Positions 1 to 12,298 of a DNA stretch of 41,774 nucleotides are shown here, piece after piece. The first letter of the stretch is position 1. Every line of letters begins with the position of its first letter. The position numbers and the translations under genes were made by a program. This stretch comes from Malacoraja senta (Eukaryota), in the NCBI GenBank assembly GCA_038087875.1, contig JAXLNO010000470.1, forward strand, positions 124,001-165,774. Direction: 5' to 3'. The notes below the pieces were generated by a model. It worked only from the letters and a program-made list of their open reading frames with translations. It was not told where the DNA came from and searched no databases.

Positions 1-432
1 GTGCAGCAGCATCTATGGAGCGAAGGAAATAGGCAACATTTCGGGCCGAAACCCTTCTTCAGACTGATAGGGGGTGGGGGGAAGAGGAAAGGAAAAAATG
101 AAAAAGGCGGAGGAGGAGCCCGAGGGCTGGGGGAGGGGAGGAGACAACCAGAGGGCTGATGAAGGGGAGGGGACAGCAAGGGCTAGCAGAATTGGGAGAA
201 TTCAATGTTCAGGCCCCCAGGATGTAGACTGGCCAAGCGGAATATGAGGTGCATTTCCTCCAATTTACGGTGTTGCCCGCTGTGGCCATGGAGGAGACCC
301 AGGACAGAGAGGTCAGATACGGAATGGGAGGGGGAGTTGAAGTGCTGAGCCACCGGGAGCTCAGGTTGGTTATTGCGGACCGAGCGGAGGTGTTCGGCGA
401 AACGATCTCCGCCAAGCCTCCGCTTGGTCTCA
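1..432 (-). mobile_element. Penelope-like element 3' end (GIY-YIG endonuclease C-terminus and 3' repeat)
   Basis: Minus-strand translation ETKRRLGDRFAEHLRSV...PVAQHFNSPSHS...RKLEEMHLIFRLASLHPGGLNIEF (stop at 183) matches the Penelope GIY-YIG C-terminus. It is followed by a pyrimidine-rich tract and a hammerhead-like motif. Confidence 0.85.
32..67 (-). ncRNA. Minimal hammerhead-ribozyme-like motif of the Penelope element (probably degenerate)
   Basis: Minus strand reads tcagt-CTGAAGA-a-GGG-tttcgg-CCC-GAAA-tgttg: CUGANGA and GAAA cores flanking a short stem II. Confidence 0.6.
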
Positions 433-850
433 CTGTACCCAAATGGTATATCTGGGCGAGTACTTAAGTCTTGTGTACTCCAGTGCTCAGCACAATATTT
501 ATCCTCTCCCTGGCCAAGTCCGTGGTCCCTGCCTGCTTCAAGAGATCCACCATTGTACCTGTACCAAAGATTGCCTCTCCGGCTTGCTTGAATGACTACC
601 GACCGGTGGCCCTCACCTCGGTAGTCATGAAATGCTTCGAGAGGCTGATCAAGAACTACATCTGCGCCTTCCTCCTTCGCAACATGGGGGGGGGGGGGGG
701 GACCCGCTACGGTTCGCATACCGTCCGAACAGATCCACGGACGATGTGGTCTCCCAGGTCCTGAATACCGCTGTATTGCATGTTGACAGCCCAAATCAGG
801 GCTATGTGAGGATGCTGTTCATTGACTTCAGTTCAGCCTTCAATACGATA

Positions 851-1302
851 AGAGATATCGCAGCATCAAAGCCCGGACTACAAGACTGCTAAACAGCTTC
901 CTGCCATATGCTGTGAGGCTGCTAAACAGCCACTCTGTACTCACAGTCACCTGATTCTGCGGCTTGGCACGGACACTATAATAACTGGCACTGGCCACTT
1001 CAATAACTGGCACTGGCCGCACTTCAAGAACTGGCACTGGCCACTCAAATCAGCCACCCCGGACATGTTTATGATTGGTCTTACTGTATTTTAACGTTGT
1101 TTGTATCTATTTTAACTTATACTGTTCCATCAGGGACTGGATTGTTTTAGTGTTGTTATTATTATTATTATGTGGGAAATGTTTTAAACGTCATGTGCGA
1201 TGCTCCGGTATTCCCAGGGAAACGTCTTTTCGTTTTGCACAGCACAACTGTTGCTTGCAAGATGACAATAAAGGAATTGAATTGAATTGAATTGAATTGA
1301 TA
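851..1302 (+). mobile_element. 5'-truncated Rex1/Babar 3' end with (GAATT)n tail
   Basis: RYRSIKARTTRLLNSFLPYAVRLLN, then UTR, AATAAA and (gaatt)n. GATA occurs at 847-850 and 1299-1302; removing the insert restores the host NTI|VPT frame. Confidence 0.8.
981..1048 (+). repeat. Three ~22-bp tandem units (aactggcactggccacttca) in Rex1 3' UTR
   Basis: Directly visible. Confidence 0.85.
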
Positions 1303-2456
1303 GTCCCCACCAGACTTGCTGAAAAAGCTGCTGGAACTGGGGCTTAACACTTCCCTGTGTGCCTGGGTCATGGACTTTCTCACCGCCAGGCCCCAGGTGG
1401 TCAAGCTTGGAAGACGTACATTGAGCACCCTCACACTGAACACAGGATCCCCCCAGGGTTGCGTCCTCAGACCCCTACTGTACTCCCTGTAGACACATGA
1501 CTGTGTGGCCAGGTTCAGCTCCAACTCCATAATCACGTTTGCCGATGACACTGTGGTGGTGGGCCTGATCTCCGATGAAATGAGAAGGCCTACCGGGAGG
1601 AGGTGGCTGATCTGGCATTCTGGTGTCAGGACAACAGCCTCATCTTGAATGTCATAAAAACTAAGGTGCTGATTGTGGACTTTAGAAGAGCACAACATCT
1701 GAGGACGTACACGCCACTGGAGATAAATGTGGACAGGGTGAGCTGCTTTAAATACCTGGGAGTCCACATCACAGAGGATCTGACATGGACTACACACGCT
1801 GCCGCACTGGTGAGTAAGGCAAGGCAGCGCCTTTACCACCTCAGGCAGCTGAGGAAATCCAGAGTCTCTCTGAGGATCCTTCAGTGCTTCCACTCTGGGG
1901 CTGTTTGAAGCATCTTGTCCGGCAACATCACAATCTGGTTTGGGAACTGCTCTGCCCATGACAAGAAGGCTCTGCAGAGAGTAGTGCGCTCGGCTGAAAG
2001 CACTATGGGAACTACACTCACCCCCCCCTGCAGGAACTATACATCAGAAGGTGCAGATCCAGAGCCAGCAACATTATGGGGGACCCCTACCACCCCCAGC
2101 AACAGACTGTTCCAGCTGCTACGGTCAGGCAAGCTCCTCCGCTGTAATGCTGTTGAGGAGCATCAAGAGGATGAGTATGAGGGGGAGAACGGTTTAAAAA
2201 GAGCGGCAAAACACAGACAGACTTAACTCAGAGCTTCCGTGGATTTTGAAGAAACAGCAGCAAAGAGAAGCAGGAAAAAGCACTGATTGGCTCTAGCCCG
2301 AGTGGGAGGAGAGTTAGAAGTGAGTCAGAGGGGGAAAACAGTTCAAAACTGAGGAATTCGGTTTGTAAATTGGTAAATTAGGCAATTTATCAGTCAATAT
2401 AAGCAAGACTACTCTTGGGGAGTGGCAGTGAGGGAGCGGCCTTGTGAGTAAAGTGT

Positions 2457-2521
2457 GAGTCTTTGGCTCGAGAGTCTTTGGCTCGAGAGTCTTTGGCTCG
2501 AGAGTCTTTGGCTCGAGAGTC
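2457..2521 (+). repeat. 15-bp tandem repeat (gagtctttggctcga) x4 in CR1 5' UTR
   Basis: Directly visible. Confidence 0.95.
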
Positions 2522-2574
2522 TTCGGCGAGGAGGCTACACATTAAAGCTCGAGAGGACGGAACGCGGTGAACAC

Positions 2575-3842
2575 ATGTCAGGGCAGATGAGACAGTGTGA
2601 GGCTTGCAGAATGTGGGAGCCCAGGGACACGGATGGAGCCTCTGGCTGCTACAACTGTGGCAAGTGCGTCCAGCTTCAGATCCTAAAGGACCGTGTTGGG
2701 GCACTGGAGAAGCAGCTGGATGACCTCGGGGCCATCCGGAAAAAACGAGTTTCCTGGACAGGACCTACAGTGAGGTTGTCACGCCGAGGATACGGGAAGA
2801 ACCAAGGTGTGTGACGGAGAGAAAGGGTGGAAATCGTGGAGTGCAGGAGACCCAGGTGGCTGTGCCTAATGAAAACAGGTACGCCCTCTTGGGAACTGTC
2901 CGGGGAGACCATGTTTCCAGTCCGAGCGGCGGACATGCCGGTGGCTCCAATCCTAGAGATGGGACTCGACCGGCGAGACCGACATCGGGCAGATCTCTAG
3001 TGGTGGGTAACTCCATTGTCCGAGGAGCGGACAGGAGATTCTGTGGCGGCAGACAAGATGCGAGGATGGTCTGTTGCCTCCCTGGTGCCAGGGTTCAGGA
3101 TGTCATGAGCCGAATTCAGAACATCATCCTCGAGAGAGAAGGTGAACAGCCGGCAGTAGTTGTACACGTAGGGACAAACGACATCGGGAAGAAGAGGAAG
3201 GAGGTTCTCCAACATGAGTTCAGAGAGTTGGGAAGAAGACTGAAATGCCGGACTTCTAGGGTGGTTATCTCTGGATTGCTTCCAGTACCTCGTGCTGGTG
3301 AGGACAGGAACAGGGAGATGGGGGATCTGGATGTGTGGCTGAGGGGCTGGAGCAGGGAGCAAGGATTTAGATTTATAGACCACTGGGATCTCTTCTGGAG
3401 TAGGGGTGACCTGTACAAAAGGGACGGGTTACACCTTAACTGGAGGGGGACCGACATTCTGGCAGGCAGGTTTGCTTTAAATCTTGACCGCCGGCCTGCG
3501 GCCTACAACAATCTAAAGCCGTGGTCTCCGGTGAGGAAGAGCCGATCCTGGACTGACTCTGGACTCTGGTCCTGTCCACGGGGGGGAAATGGAGGAGGAC
3601 TGGCCAAATTGTTGTGCCTTCCACCACAGTGATGAATGCTGTGGTGGATGTTTGTGTTACATTTTGTGTGTTCTTTATTATTGTATCGCTGCTGACAACC
3701 CAATCCTTGCCGGGTCACTGCTCATGCGGTCGACCGGTCGGTGCAGATTTAAATTATTGTTGAATTGCCCCTCGGGGATCAATAAAGTGCTTGATTGATT
3801 GATTGATTGATTGATAGGGCGACATGTGTGGGTTTAAACTAA
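2575..3842 (+). pseudogene. CR1-A ORF1 (zinc finger plus SGNH/GDSL esterase), frameshifted and interrupted
   Basis: MSGQMRQCEAC..CYNCGKC; VVGNSIVRG, VHVGTND, DGLHLN. Excising 3477-3815 gives GRFA|RATCVGLN*, parallel to CR1-[11 protein letters not shown]. Confidence 0.85.
3477..3815 (+). mobile_element. Non-coding retroposon (SINE-like or 3' UTR) with Rex1-style tail and (TTGA)n
   Basis: Splits CR1 ORF1 cleanly; ends aattgcccctcggggatcAATAAAgtgc(ttga)n. Confidence 0.7.
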
Positions 3843-4150
3843 ATAGTGGGGGGGGGGAAGAATTGACAAATTGGGAGTATAAAGATGGAGTTGAAGGGGA
3901 AGTGGCTACAGGAAAAATTACAAAAGATTCTCGAATTAATGGGAAGGAAAGTTCGAGAAGGGACAACAGAGTAAGGTCAGGGCCAATACTCTGGTGAATA
4001 CGGAGGTCAAAAGTGCTGTATATGAATGCGTGAAGGACTTCCGGTGGCGCCATGGAGCAGTTAGCTCTGCTCAGAAAAATGCGATAAAACGCATTAAAAT
4101 ACCTGGAAAGCAAAACGGATCGACTGAAGAACACTTACCGGCAGATGCCC

Positions 4151-5680
4151 GATTGAGGGGGGATCTTATAGAAACTTACAAAATTCTTAAGGGGTTGGAC
4201 AGGCTAGATGCAGGAAGATTATTCCCAATGTTGGGGAAGTCCAGAACAAGGGGTCACAGAACAGAGAATTACAGACCAGTTAGTCTAACATCGGTAGTGG
4301 GGAAACTGCTAGAGTCAGTTATTAAAGATGGGATAGCAGCACATTTGGAAAGTGGTGAAATCATTGGACAAAGTCAGCATGGATTTATGAAAGGTAAATC
4401 ATGTCTGACGAATCTTATAGAATTTTTCGAGGATGTAACTAGTAGAGTGGATAAGGGAGAACCAGTGGATGTGTTATATCTGGACTTTCAGAAGGCTTTT
4501 GACAAGGTCCCACATAAGAAATTAGTATACAAACTTAAAGCACACGGTATTGGGGGTTCAGTATTGATTTGGATAGAGAACTGGCTGGCAGACAGGAAGC
4601 AAAGAGTAGGAATAAACGGGTCCTTTTCAGAATGGCAGGCAGTGACTAGTGGGGTACCGCAAGGCTCAGTGCTGGGACCCCACCTATTTCCAATATATAT
4701 TAATGATTTGGACGAGGGAATTGAATGCAACATCTCCAAGTTTGCGGATGACACGAAGTTGGGGGGCAGTGTTAGCTGTGAGGAGGATGCTAGGAGGCTG
4801 CAAGGTGACTTGGATAGGCTGGGTGAGTGGGCAAATGCATGGCAGATGCAGTATAATGTGGATAAATGTGAGGTTATCCATTTTGGTGGCAAAAACAGGA
4901 AAGTAGACTATTATCTGAATGGTGGCCGATTAGGAAAAGGGGAGATGCAACGAGACCTGGGTGTCATGGTACACCAGTCATTGAAAGTAGGCATGCAGGT
5001 GCAGCAGGCAGTGAAGAAAGCGAATGGTATGTTAGCATTCATAGCAAAAGGATTTGAGTATAGGAGCAGGGAGGTTCTACTGCAGTTGTACAGGGTCTTG
5101 GTGAGACCACACCTGGAGTATTGCGTACAGTTTTGGTCTCCAAATCTGAGGAAAGATATTCTTGCCATAGAGGGAATGCAGAGAAGGTTCACCAGACTGA
5201 TTCCTGGGATTTCAGGACTTTCATATGAAGAAAGACTGGATAGACTCGGCTTGTACTCGCTAGAATTTAGAAGATTGAGGGGGGATCTTATAGAAACTTA
5301 CAAAATTCTTAAGGGGTTGGACAGGCTAGATGCAGGAAGATTGTTCCCGATGTTGGGGAAGTCCAGAACAAGGGGTCACAGTTTAAGGATTAGGGGGAAA
5401 TCCTTTAGGACCGAGATGAGAAAAACATTTTTCACACAGAGAGTGGTGAATCTCTGGAATTCTCTGCCACAGAAGGTAGTTGAGGCCAGTTCATTGGCTA
5501 TATTTAAGAGGGAGTTAGATGTGGCCCTTGTGGCTAAAGGGATCAGGGGGTATGGAGAGAAGGCAGGTACAGGATACTGAGTTGGATGATCAGCCATGAT
5601 CATATTGAATGGCGGTGCAGGCTCGAAGGGCCGAATGGCCTACTCCTGTACCTATTTTCTATGTTTCTATGTTTCTATGT
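4151..5680 (+). mobile_element. 5'-truncated CR1 LINE (RT, 3' UTR, (TTTCTATG)n tail) with a duplicated 109-bp piece at its 5' end
   Basis: [45 protein letters not shown]; 4151-4259 repeats 5273-5381. Confidence 0.95.
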
Positions 5681-6656
5681 AAATGGATTCTGCCGACTCG
5701 ACCTCAGACTAGACAAATAACCCGACTGCAGGTTCTTCAAGAGCAAGAGAAAGTAACTTCTGAAGAATCTGAGGGAGAATCTGGGGAAGGAGGACTTATT
5801 TCTACCATGGAAGAACAAATACAAGAAGAAGAACAATCTTTAAGATGGGCTATGGCAAAAGACTTTGGAGATATTCTGACTGATCAGCTGGGAAAGCTAG
5901 AAACAAGAATGGATGTCGGGAATAAAGAAATTTGCGGAAAAATTGACATTCTACAAGTTCGCATCGCAGAGGTAAATACCGTTTTGAAATGAGAAATCAA
6001 ACGGGTTGAAGAAGATCTTAGCAGAAAGCTGGAGCCCATTCTCCTCACTTCAAAAAAACAAAACGAACTTGAAGCTACTACTACGGACATCTCTGACACA
6101 ACGCAAAGACTGAAGGAAGACCTGGACCGTGTTTCTGGGCAACTGGCCAGAATGACCGACAAATGCCTAGAACTTGAAGCCCGGTCCAGACGCCAAAATT
6201 TAAGAATTGTTGGAGTGAAGGATGGGAAGGAAAGTGGCAAAGACTCCCGGGTCTTCACTGCCAACTTACTTCAACAGGTATTTAATCTGCCTGAGAGACC
6301 TAAAGTTGACCTAGCACATCGAGTCCAGAGAGCCCGATCAGGGGTTGGAGCCCCACCCAGACAGATTATTCTTAAACTACACGACATAGCAGTTCCTGAA
6401 AACATCATGAAGAGAGTGACAATCGCAGGAACCCCTGATGTTTGACGGAGAAAACATAAGATTCTTCAGAGATTATCCAGCAGAGGTGGTCAAGAAGCAA
6501 GCGCTTTTCACGAAGGCACGTCTTATTCTTAAAGACATTCCAGACCTGAGATATGGAATAATGTATCCTGCCAAATTAAGGATCACATATGAAGGATTGG
6601 AGTGTTTCTTTATTGACCCAGAAGATGCATTTAAATATGTGCAAGATTTTTTTTAA
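5681..6656 (+). pseudogene. L1-1 ORF1 (coiled coil, RRM, CTD), with stop and frameshifts
   Basis: LEARSRRQNLRIVGV, AHRV, PRQIILKLH, YPAKLRIT. Rejoined to ATGCCC at 4145 it reads MP|KWILPTR. Confidence 0.85.
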
Positions 6657-6924
6657 AAGACCATAAAGGATAAGTAGAATGCCACGGCCCTGTTTAATTA
6701 ACAGGGCTACTGAACACTCACTGAACCCATTTGCTAAACCGCGTGTTTAATGTACACCGCGTGTTTATATGTATTTATAAGGGGTAAACTGATATAATAT
6801 GTTTCTTTACATGAAAATATATATAAAAGCTGCAAATAAGATGGCCGACAGATTCACATGCATTCATGTCTAGACACACTTATCAGAGATAGATTGGAAT
6901 GTAAGCGGATAGATTGCTCAAGGT

Positions 6925-7293
6925 CCTTGTGTTCATCATGGGAACTGAGCAACGAACGGTCCAGCAGGTGGCAGAGGCCAGAACTCTGAACAAACTGGGT
7001 TCAATAATGACCAACCCCACTCACCCACTCCATGCCCTGAAGGTGATCAAGAGCAGCATCTTCAGTCAGAGACTGATTGCACCAATGTGCAAAACTGAGA
7101 GACATAGGAAGTCCTGTTTACCAGCTGCGCATAAATAACTGCACTTTTTTTTTCATTAATTGTATTTTAACTTGTATTTTAACTTGTATTTTAACTTGTT
7201 AAGTATGGAAGCTATTTGAGGAAATGTGTGGTGTTATGTCTGTCTTGAAGCTGTCGTGGCACTGTAATTTCCTGTAAAGGATTATTAAAGGTA

Positions 7294-7326
<33 letters not shown>
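6925..7326 (+). mobile_element. Rex1/Babar 3' fragment with (CTAT)n tail in the L1-1 spacer
   Basis: SIMTNPTHPLH...RLIAPMCKTERHRKS; hairpin aatttcctgtaaagggatt followed by attaaa and (ctat)n. Start is approximate. Confidence 0.75.
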
Positions 7327-7328
<2 letters not shown>

Positions 7329-7766
7329 AAGATACTTGAATTACGCAGCATTCAAGACAATTTAAACCTATGGTAACGTTATAACATATTAACAAATTAT
7401 ATAAATAAACCTATCATTAATACATAAAAAAGTAACAAATGTACTAAACCGTTTACTTTAACCTAATACCTAATGTTAACACCTAATAATCTGTTTTTTT
7501 TAAATCTAATACCTGACAGTTACTAGATTTACGACCTCTAGGGAATGGTCAATGTATCGGTTTATATATAATATGTTTAATATCTATCCGATGGGGGGGG
7601 TTGGAGTTTCCAGCAGCTGCCAGGCCAAAGCGAGAGGGAGGCGACGGTGCTTGGAGAGGCGAGGAGTGAGTGAGAGAGAGAGAGAGCCCTCGTTTGGCCG
7701 GCATGCTGGTGATTCCAATTAACCCCTTCAAGCCGGATGGTTTCCAATCGAGCCTGTGTTTAATAT

Positions 7767-7990
7767 ATGAATATCAATAAGTAAGAAATTTTGTTAATTA
7801 AAATAGGGTATTTAAATAGTAAATACCCACTCAGACCTAGCTATAAGAAGAAATGTAACCCTCTTAGAGGAAATTATTCACAGTCTTTGATGTTATTGAA
7901 CATATGAATATCAATAAGCAAAATGTTTGTTAATTTAAATACGGTATTTAAATAATAAATACCCACTCATACCAAGCTATAAGATGAATT
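7767..7990 (+). repeat. Two diverged ~85-bp direct repeats in the L1-1 inter-ORF spacer
   Basis: atgaatatcaataag...aaatacccactca..ctataaga at ~7768 and ~7903. Confidence 0.8.
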
Positions 7991-9388
7991 ACTTACAGTA
8001 CTTGTTCTGTTTTCTTTCTGTTCACATAATATTCTGTTTTGTCCCGTTTTTTCTTTTCTGTAATATTACTTTGTAAGGGGCGAGGCTAAATGTAATTAAC
8101 ACCTACGGAAGCTCACCTGAAATTTCCCACCAGGGGGTGGACACACACAATATCCTTAAATACTGTTTTTTTTGGTATTAATTATGACATTTAGCACTTT
8201 TTTCCGCTTTTTCTTCATATGGTACTTTTCCTTGTGATATACCAGCAGGGTTTTGAAATTGGGATCACCCACCCAACACCCAGAAGGTTGATTTATTGTG
8301 TTGCACCATCTGAAACAAGGGAATCCATGTAAGCTATAATGCAAGATGAACCTCTGAAGAAAACTGGAGGAATTACTTTTTGTAGCTGGAATATTAGGGG
8401 AGTTAATGAGCCAATTAAAAGGGGTAAGGTTCTTGCCCAATTAAAATCAACTAATGCTGATATAATATTTTTACAGGAGACACACCTTAAAGATCACGCT
8501 CAGACCAGGCTGAAGGCTAACTGGATCGGTCAAATACATCACTCCTCTCATCTCTCCAAATCTAGAGGTACTGCAATTATAATCCGTAAAGGCATACCAT
8601 TTAAACATAAAAACACCATAGCAGACAAGGATGGTAGGTATGTCATAGTATCTGGGGAGATATATTCTACCCCACTTACTATGGTAAATATCTACGCTCC
8701 CAACTTTGATAACCCACAATTTTTAAATAAAATTTTGAATATAATTTCAGACTCCACCCAGCAAAACCTGATAATTGGGGGAGATTTCAACTGTGTTCTG
8801 GATCAATACTTGGATAAATCCTCACAACAAAAGAGATATAATACAAAATAAAAATCCAGCGAACTTCTAAATACGTATATAAAAAATACAAATATAACAG
8901 ACGTATGGAGGATTGCAAACCCATCCGGAAGTGAATACTCCTTTTACTCATCTGTACATAAAACTTATACATGTATTGACTATTTTCTAGTGGACAGTAA
9001 ACTAATACCTTTTACAACTAATCCCAAATACCATAATTGTACTATTTCCGATCATTCCCCCGCTAACCTTCTCCTTAAAACTAGAAGGAATGTTTAATAA
9101 AAAATCGTTCTGGAGGTTTAATCCTCAAATACTAAATAACCCAGATTGCTGTATATGTTTAAAACAACAGATGGAATTCTTTTTTGAGCCCAATGATACT
9201 CCAGGTATTTCGCCCTCGTTATTATGGGAATCTTTTAAGGCTTTTATTAGAGGTTCTATCATTTCATATCAAGCATATCAAAACAAAAAGAATAGGATGG
9301 AAAAATTGGAACTAGAACAACAGATCAGACAACTGGACTCAGAAAACACGATAGATCCGTCTATGGATAAACATAATAAGATAGCAGT

Positions 9389-9886
9389 GAGGATTGTGAA
9401 GACCGGCAGCAGGATTATTGGTGCTCCACTCCCTTTCCTGCTGGACATATACAGGAAGAGATGTATCAGCAGAGCCATCTCCATCATCAAAGACCCCTAC
9501 CACCCATCGCATCAGATATTCTCCATCCTGCCATCTGGGAAGAGGTACCGGAGCATTAGGTGCAAAACCAGCAGGATGCTCCTCAGCTTCTTCCCGCAGG
9601 TTATAAGACTGATAAACGGACTTTGCCCCCTGCCAAAGTATCGTGCACCAACCACCAACCTGGACACACTGCAGCAGAGCCACTGTCGTGCCGCTGCCGA
9701 TCGGAACGCCTGTTGATGTTTAGTAGAGAGTAGAGTGTTAATTTGTTCATGATTATATGTATTTTTACTTCTATTTATTTTTTACTGCACACTGAAATGG
9801 ACACTGGTTGAGGAACGTTTTTTTGTTTCCTCTGGGTATGTGAATACTCAGGAAATGACAATAAAGATATACAATACAATACAAGT
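9389..9886 (+). mobile_element. Rex1/Babar 3' fragment with (TACAA)n tail inside L1-1 ORF2
   Basis: RIVKTGSRIIG..KDPYHPSH..LPSGKRYRS; AGT at 9386-9388 and 9884-9886; removal restores host KIA|VLKFKL. Confidence 0.85.
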
Positions 9887-10891
9887 ATTAAAATTTAAGC
9901 TAAATCAAATTCTCTCTGCAACAGTTATCAGATTATTTCAAATGACTAAACAGGAAAATTTTGAATTCAGTGCCAAACCACACAAACTTCTAGCACGCCA
10001 GTTGAGAAAAGTTGAAAAGGACCATGCTATTCAAAAAATCAAATCAGATGAAAGGTGAATTGTCGACACTTCCAAAAGACATTAATGAAAGATTTGCCCA
10101 ATTCTACCAAAATTTATATACATCCAAAACATCAACAGAAACGAGAAAAATTACAAACTTTCTTGATAACTGTAATCTTCCGACACTTATTCCGGTGGAA
10201 CGAGATGAATTAGGAGCACAGATTTCAATTAAAGAAATAGAAGAGACAATCACTTCATTGAAGAATGGCAAAACACCAGGACCAGACGGGTTTAGTAACG
10301 AATTTTATAAAAGATTTTACGAGGTAATTTCCCCGCATTTATACAACCTCTATATATACGCATTTAAAGAACAGACATTACCACAAACCCTAGCTGAATC
10401 AACTATTACACTTATACCCAAAAAAGATAAAGATCTGGAAGACCCGGGATCATACAGAGCAATTGCCCTGTTAAATACAGATCAGAAAATATTAGCGAAA
10501 ACTCTGGCAAGAAGATTAAGTAAATATGTTAATAAATTACTACACTCGGATCAAACTGGGTTTATACTCAAGAGACCCTCGTTTAACAATTTGAGACCTG
10601 TTTAACATAATGTACTCACATAGAACGATAAAAGAAGACTTATCAATTATTTCATTAGATGCAGAAAAAGCATTTGATCAAGTAGAATGGAAATATCTTT
10701 TTACAGTATTGCAAAAATTTCAGTTGGGAGAAAATTTTATTTCATGGATAAAACTGTTATATGATAAGCCGACTGCCAGAATACTGACTAACCATATACT
10801 CTCACCTAAATTTCAGTTATCCAGGGGCAATAGACAGGGATGTGCATTATCACCACTGTTGTTTGCCCTTGCGATTGAACCTCTAGCGGAA

Positions 10892-10928
10892 AGGGAGGAG
10901 GCAGGAACGGGGTACTGATTGGGATGAT
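10892..10928 (+). mobile_element. Tiny CR1 stub (EEAGTGY* plus start of UTR)
   Basis: gcaggaacggggtactgattgggatgat, same family as 26307-26414. Confidence 0.7.
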
Positions 10929-11184
10929 CTCCTGACCCTGACGAGGCTGTCCTCATTTCCGGTGAGTTCAGAGGTGGCGCTGATTGCGTCATTTCCAGTG
11001 AGTGCGGCCCGGGCTGTCGCCGAGGGAGGAAGGACGGAGCCGCGGCTCGAGAGGCTAACAGAGGCTAAGAGGTTTGCCACGCACTGCAAGGGAGCAGTGG
11101 ACCAGACAGGAAGAGCGGACGGAATTACTACTTGACAGCCAAACCAGTAGGTAATTTACGGCTGGGGTGAGTACTTTCCCATTT

Positions 11185-11252
11185 ATAGGAGGTAGGATTA
11201 TATAAATAAGGGGTGTCTCAATAGGAGGTAGGATTATATAAATAAGGGGTGT
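11185..11252 (+). repeat. 32-bp direct repeat x2 containing TATATAAATA in CR1-B 5' UTR
   Basis: ataggaggtaggattatataaataaggggtgt at 11185-11216 and 11221-11252. Confidence 0.9.
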
Positions 11253-11312
11253 ATCAATATAGTAATCCGGGTAGGGGATTCTTAAATAGGACCAGTTATT
11301 TACTTATATAAG

Positions 11313-12275
11313 ATGGGCGGCCAGGAGATGTGCCAATACTGTGAGATGTGGGAATTTGTCGACACCATTGATGTAGATGGTGTAGATGATCCCTACAGCT
11401 GCAGTAAGTGTTTGAGGCTAGCAGAACTCGAGCTCCGCATTGAGGAGCTAGAGACCCAACTTCATACGCTGCGGTACATCAGGGAGGGGGAGTATTACCT
11501 GGATGTTTTGTGCCAGGGGATGGTCACACCGACCAGTTTAACTAATTCAGTAGTGAGTGAGCAAGGAAAGGAAGGTGTGGCCATAAGCGAGGCAGGTAGG
11601 GGGAACCAGGAGGAGATGCGGCAGGAGCCACAGCCCTTGTTCCTGACGAGCATGACCGAGGCTCTTACTCAATGTGAGGACGGGATCAGGGGCTGTGGGA
11701 GGGATGAGCAACCTGGCTGCAGCACCGTGGATCAGGGGGACATTCAAGAGGGGGGAGTTAGAAGAAATGCCGTTGTGATAGGGGATAGTATTATTCGGGG
11801 GGTAGATAAGGTTCTCTGCGGCCAGCAGAACATGTCCCGAAGGCTGTGTTGCCTACCCGGTGCTAGGGTTAAGGATATCTCTGCGATGCTGGAGAGAAAT
11901 TTGCAGAGGGAGGGGGAGGATCCAGTGGTCGTGGTCCATGTGGGGACCAATGACATAGGAAGGATGAGGAAGGAGGATCTGCTGAAGGAGTTTGAGCAGT
12001 TAGGGAATAAATTAAAAAGCAGAACCTCGAGGGTACTGATCTCTGGATTGCTACCTGAGCCACGGGCCAAATCGGCGAGAGTACGTAAAATTAAAAAGCT
12101 GAATGCGTGGCTCAAAGACTGGTGTGGGAAAAATGGGTTTGGTTTCTTGGGCCACTGGCACCAGTACTGGGACAGGGGGGATCTGTTCTGTAAGGACGGA
12201 CTTCACCTGAACGGTGCTGGGACTGGGGTCCTGGCAAATCATATAACTAGGGCAGTAGAGAGGTCTTTAAACTAA
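11313..12275 (+). CDS. CR1-B ORF1p (zinc finger, coiled coil, SGNH esterase), 320 aa
   Basis: [29 protein letters not shown]. Confidence 0.92.
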   Translation: MGGQEMCQYCEMWEFVDTIDVDGVDDPYSCSKCLRLAELELRIEELETQLHTLRYIREGEYYLDVLCQGMVTPTSLTNSVVSEQGKEGVAISEAGRGNQEEMRQEPQPLFLTSMTEALTQCEDGIRGCGRDEQPGCSTVDQGDIQEGGVRRNAVVIGDSIIRGVDKVLCGQQNMSRRLCCLPGARVKDISAMLERNLQREGEDPVVVVHVGTNDIGRMRKEDLLKEFEQLGNKLKSRTSRVLISGLLPEPRAKSARVRKIKKLNAWLKDWCGKNGFGFLGHWHQYWDRGDLFCKDGLHLNGAGTGVLANHITRAVERSLN

Positions 12276-12298
12276 GTAGCGGGGGGGAGGTATCAAGG

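Larger units (their letters stand above)
433..2155 (+). mobile_element. Rex1/Babar-type non-LTR retrotransposon, degraded RT, interrupted at 851-1302
   Basis: [54 protein letters not shown] (tttgccgatgac ~1538), FKYLGVHI, ARQRLYHLRQL; several frameshifts. Confidence 0.85.
2156..4030 (+). mobile_element. CR1 LINE copy A: 5' UTR, ORF1 and first codons of ORF2; truncated where L1-1 begins
   Basis: ORF1 has a CxxC...CxxC finger and an SGNH esterase domain; the KVLYMNA endonuclease start is at ~4010-4030. The 5' boundary is approximate. Confidence 0.8.

Noticed and set aside
183..794. 203-aa minus-strand ORF as a gene
   Set aside because: Only the last ~80 aa are Penelope GIY-YIG; the rest is antisense Rex1.
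1168..1959. Long antisense ORFs over Rex1/CR1 RT regions
   Set aside because: Shadow ORFs on the reverse strand of RT coding sequence; no independent motifs.
2457..2521. CRISPR-like array (also 981-1048 and 24005-24180)
   Set aside because: Head-to-tail repeats without unique spacers, no cas genes, eukaryotic context.
3994..5580. 528-aa ORF as a novel RT gene
   Set aside because: Chance in-frame chimera of CR1-A sequence, L1 5' UTR, a duplicated CR1 piece and a truncated CR1 RT; it starts at GTG.
11167..11312. Intron in CR1-B 5' UTR (GTGAGT ... AG immediately before ATG)
   Set aside because: Weak pyrimidine tract and no second copy to test conservation; could be chance.
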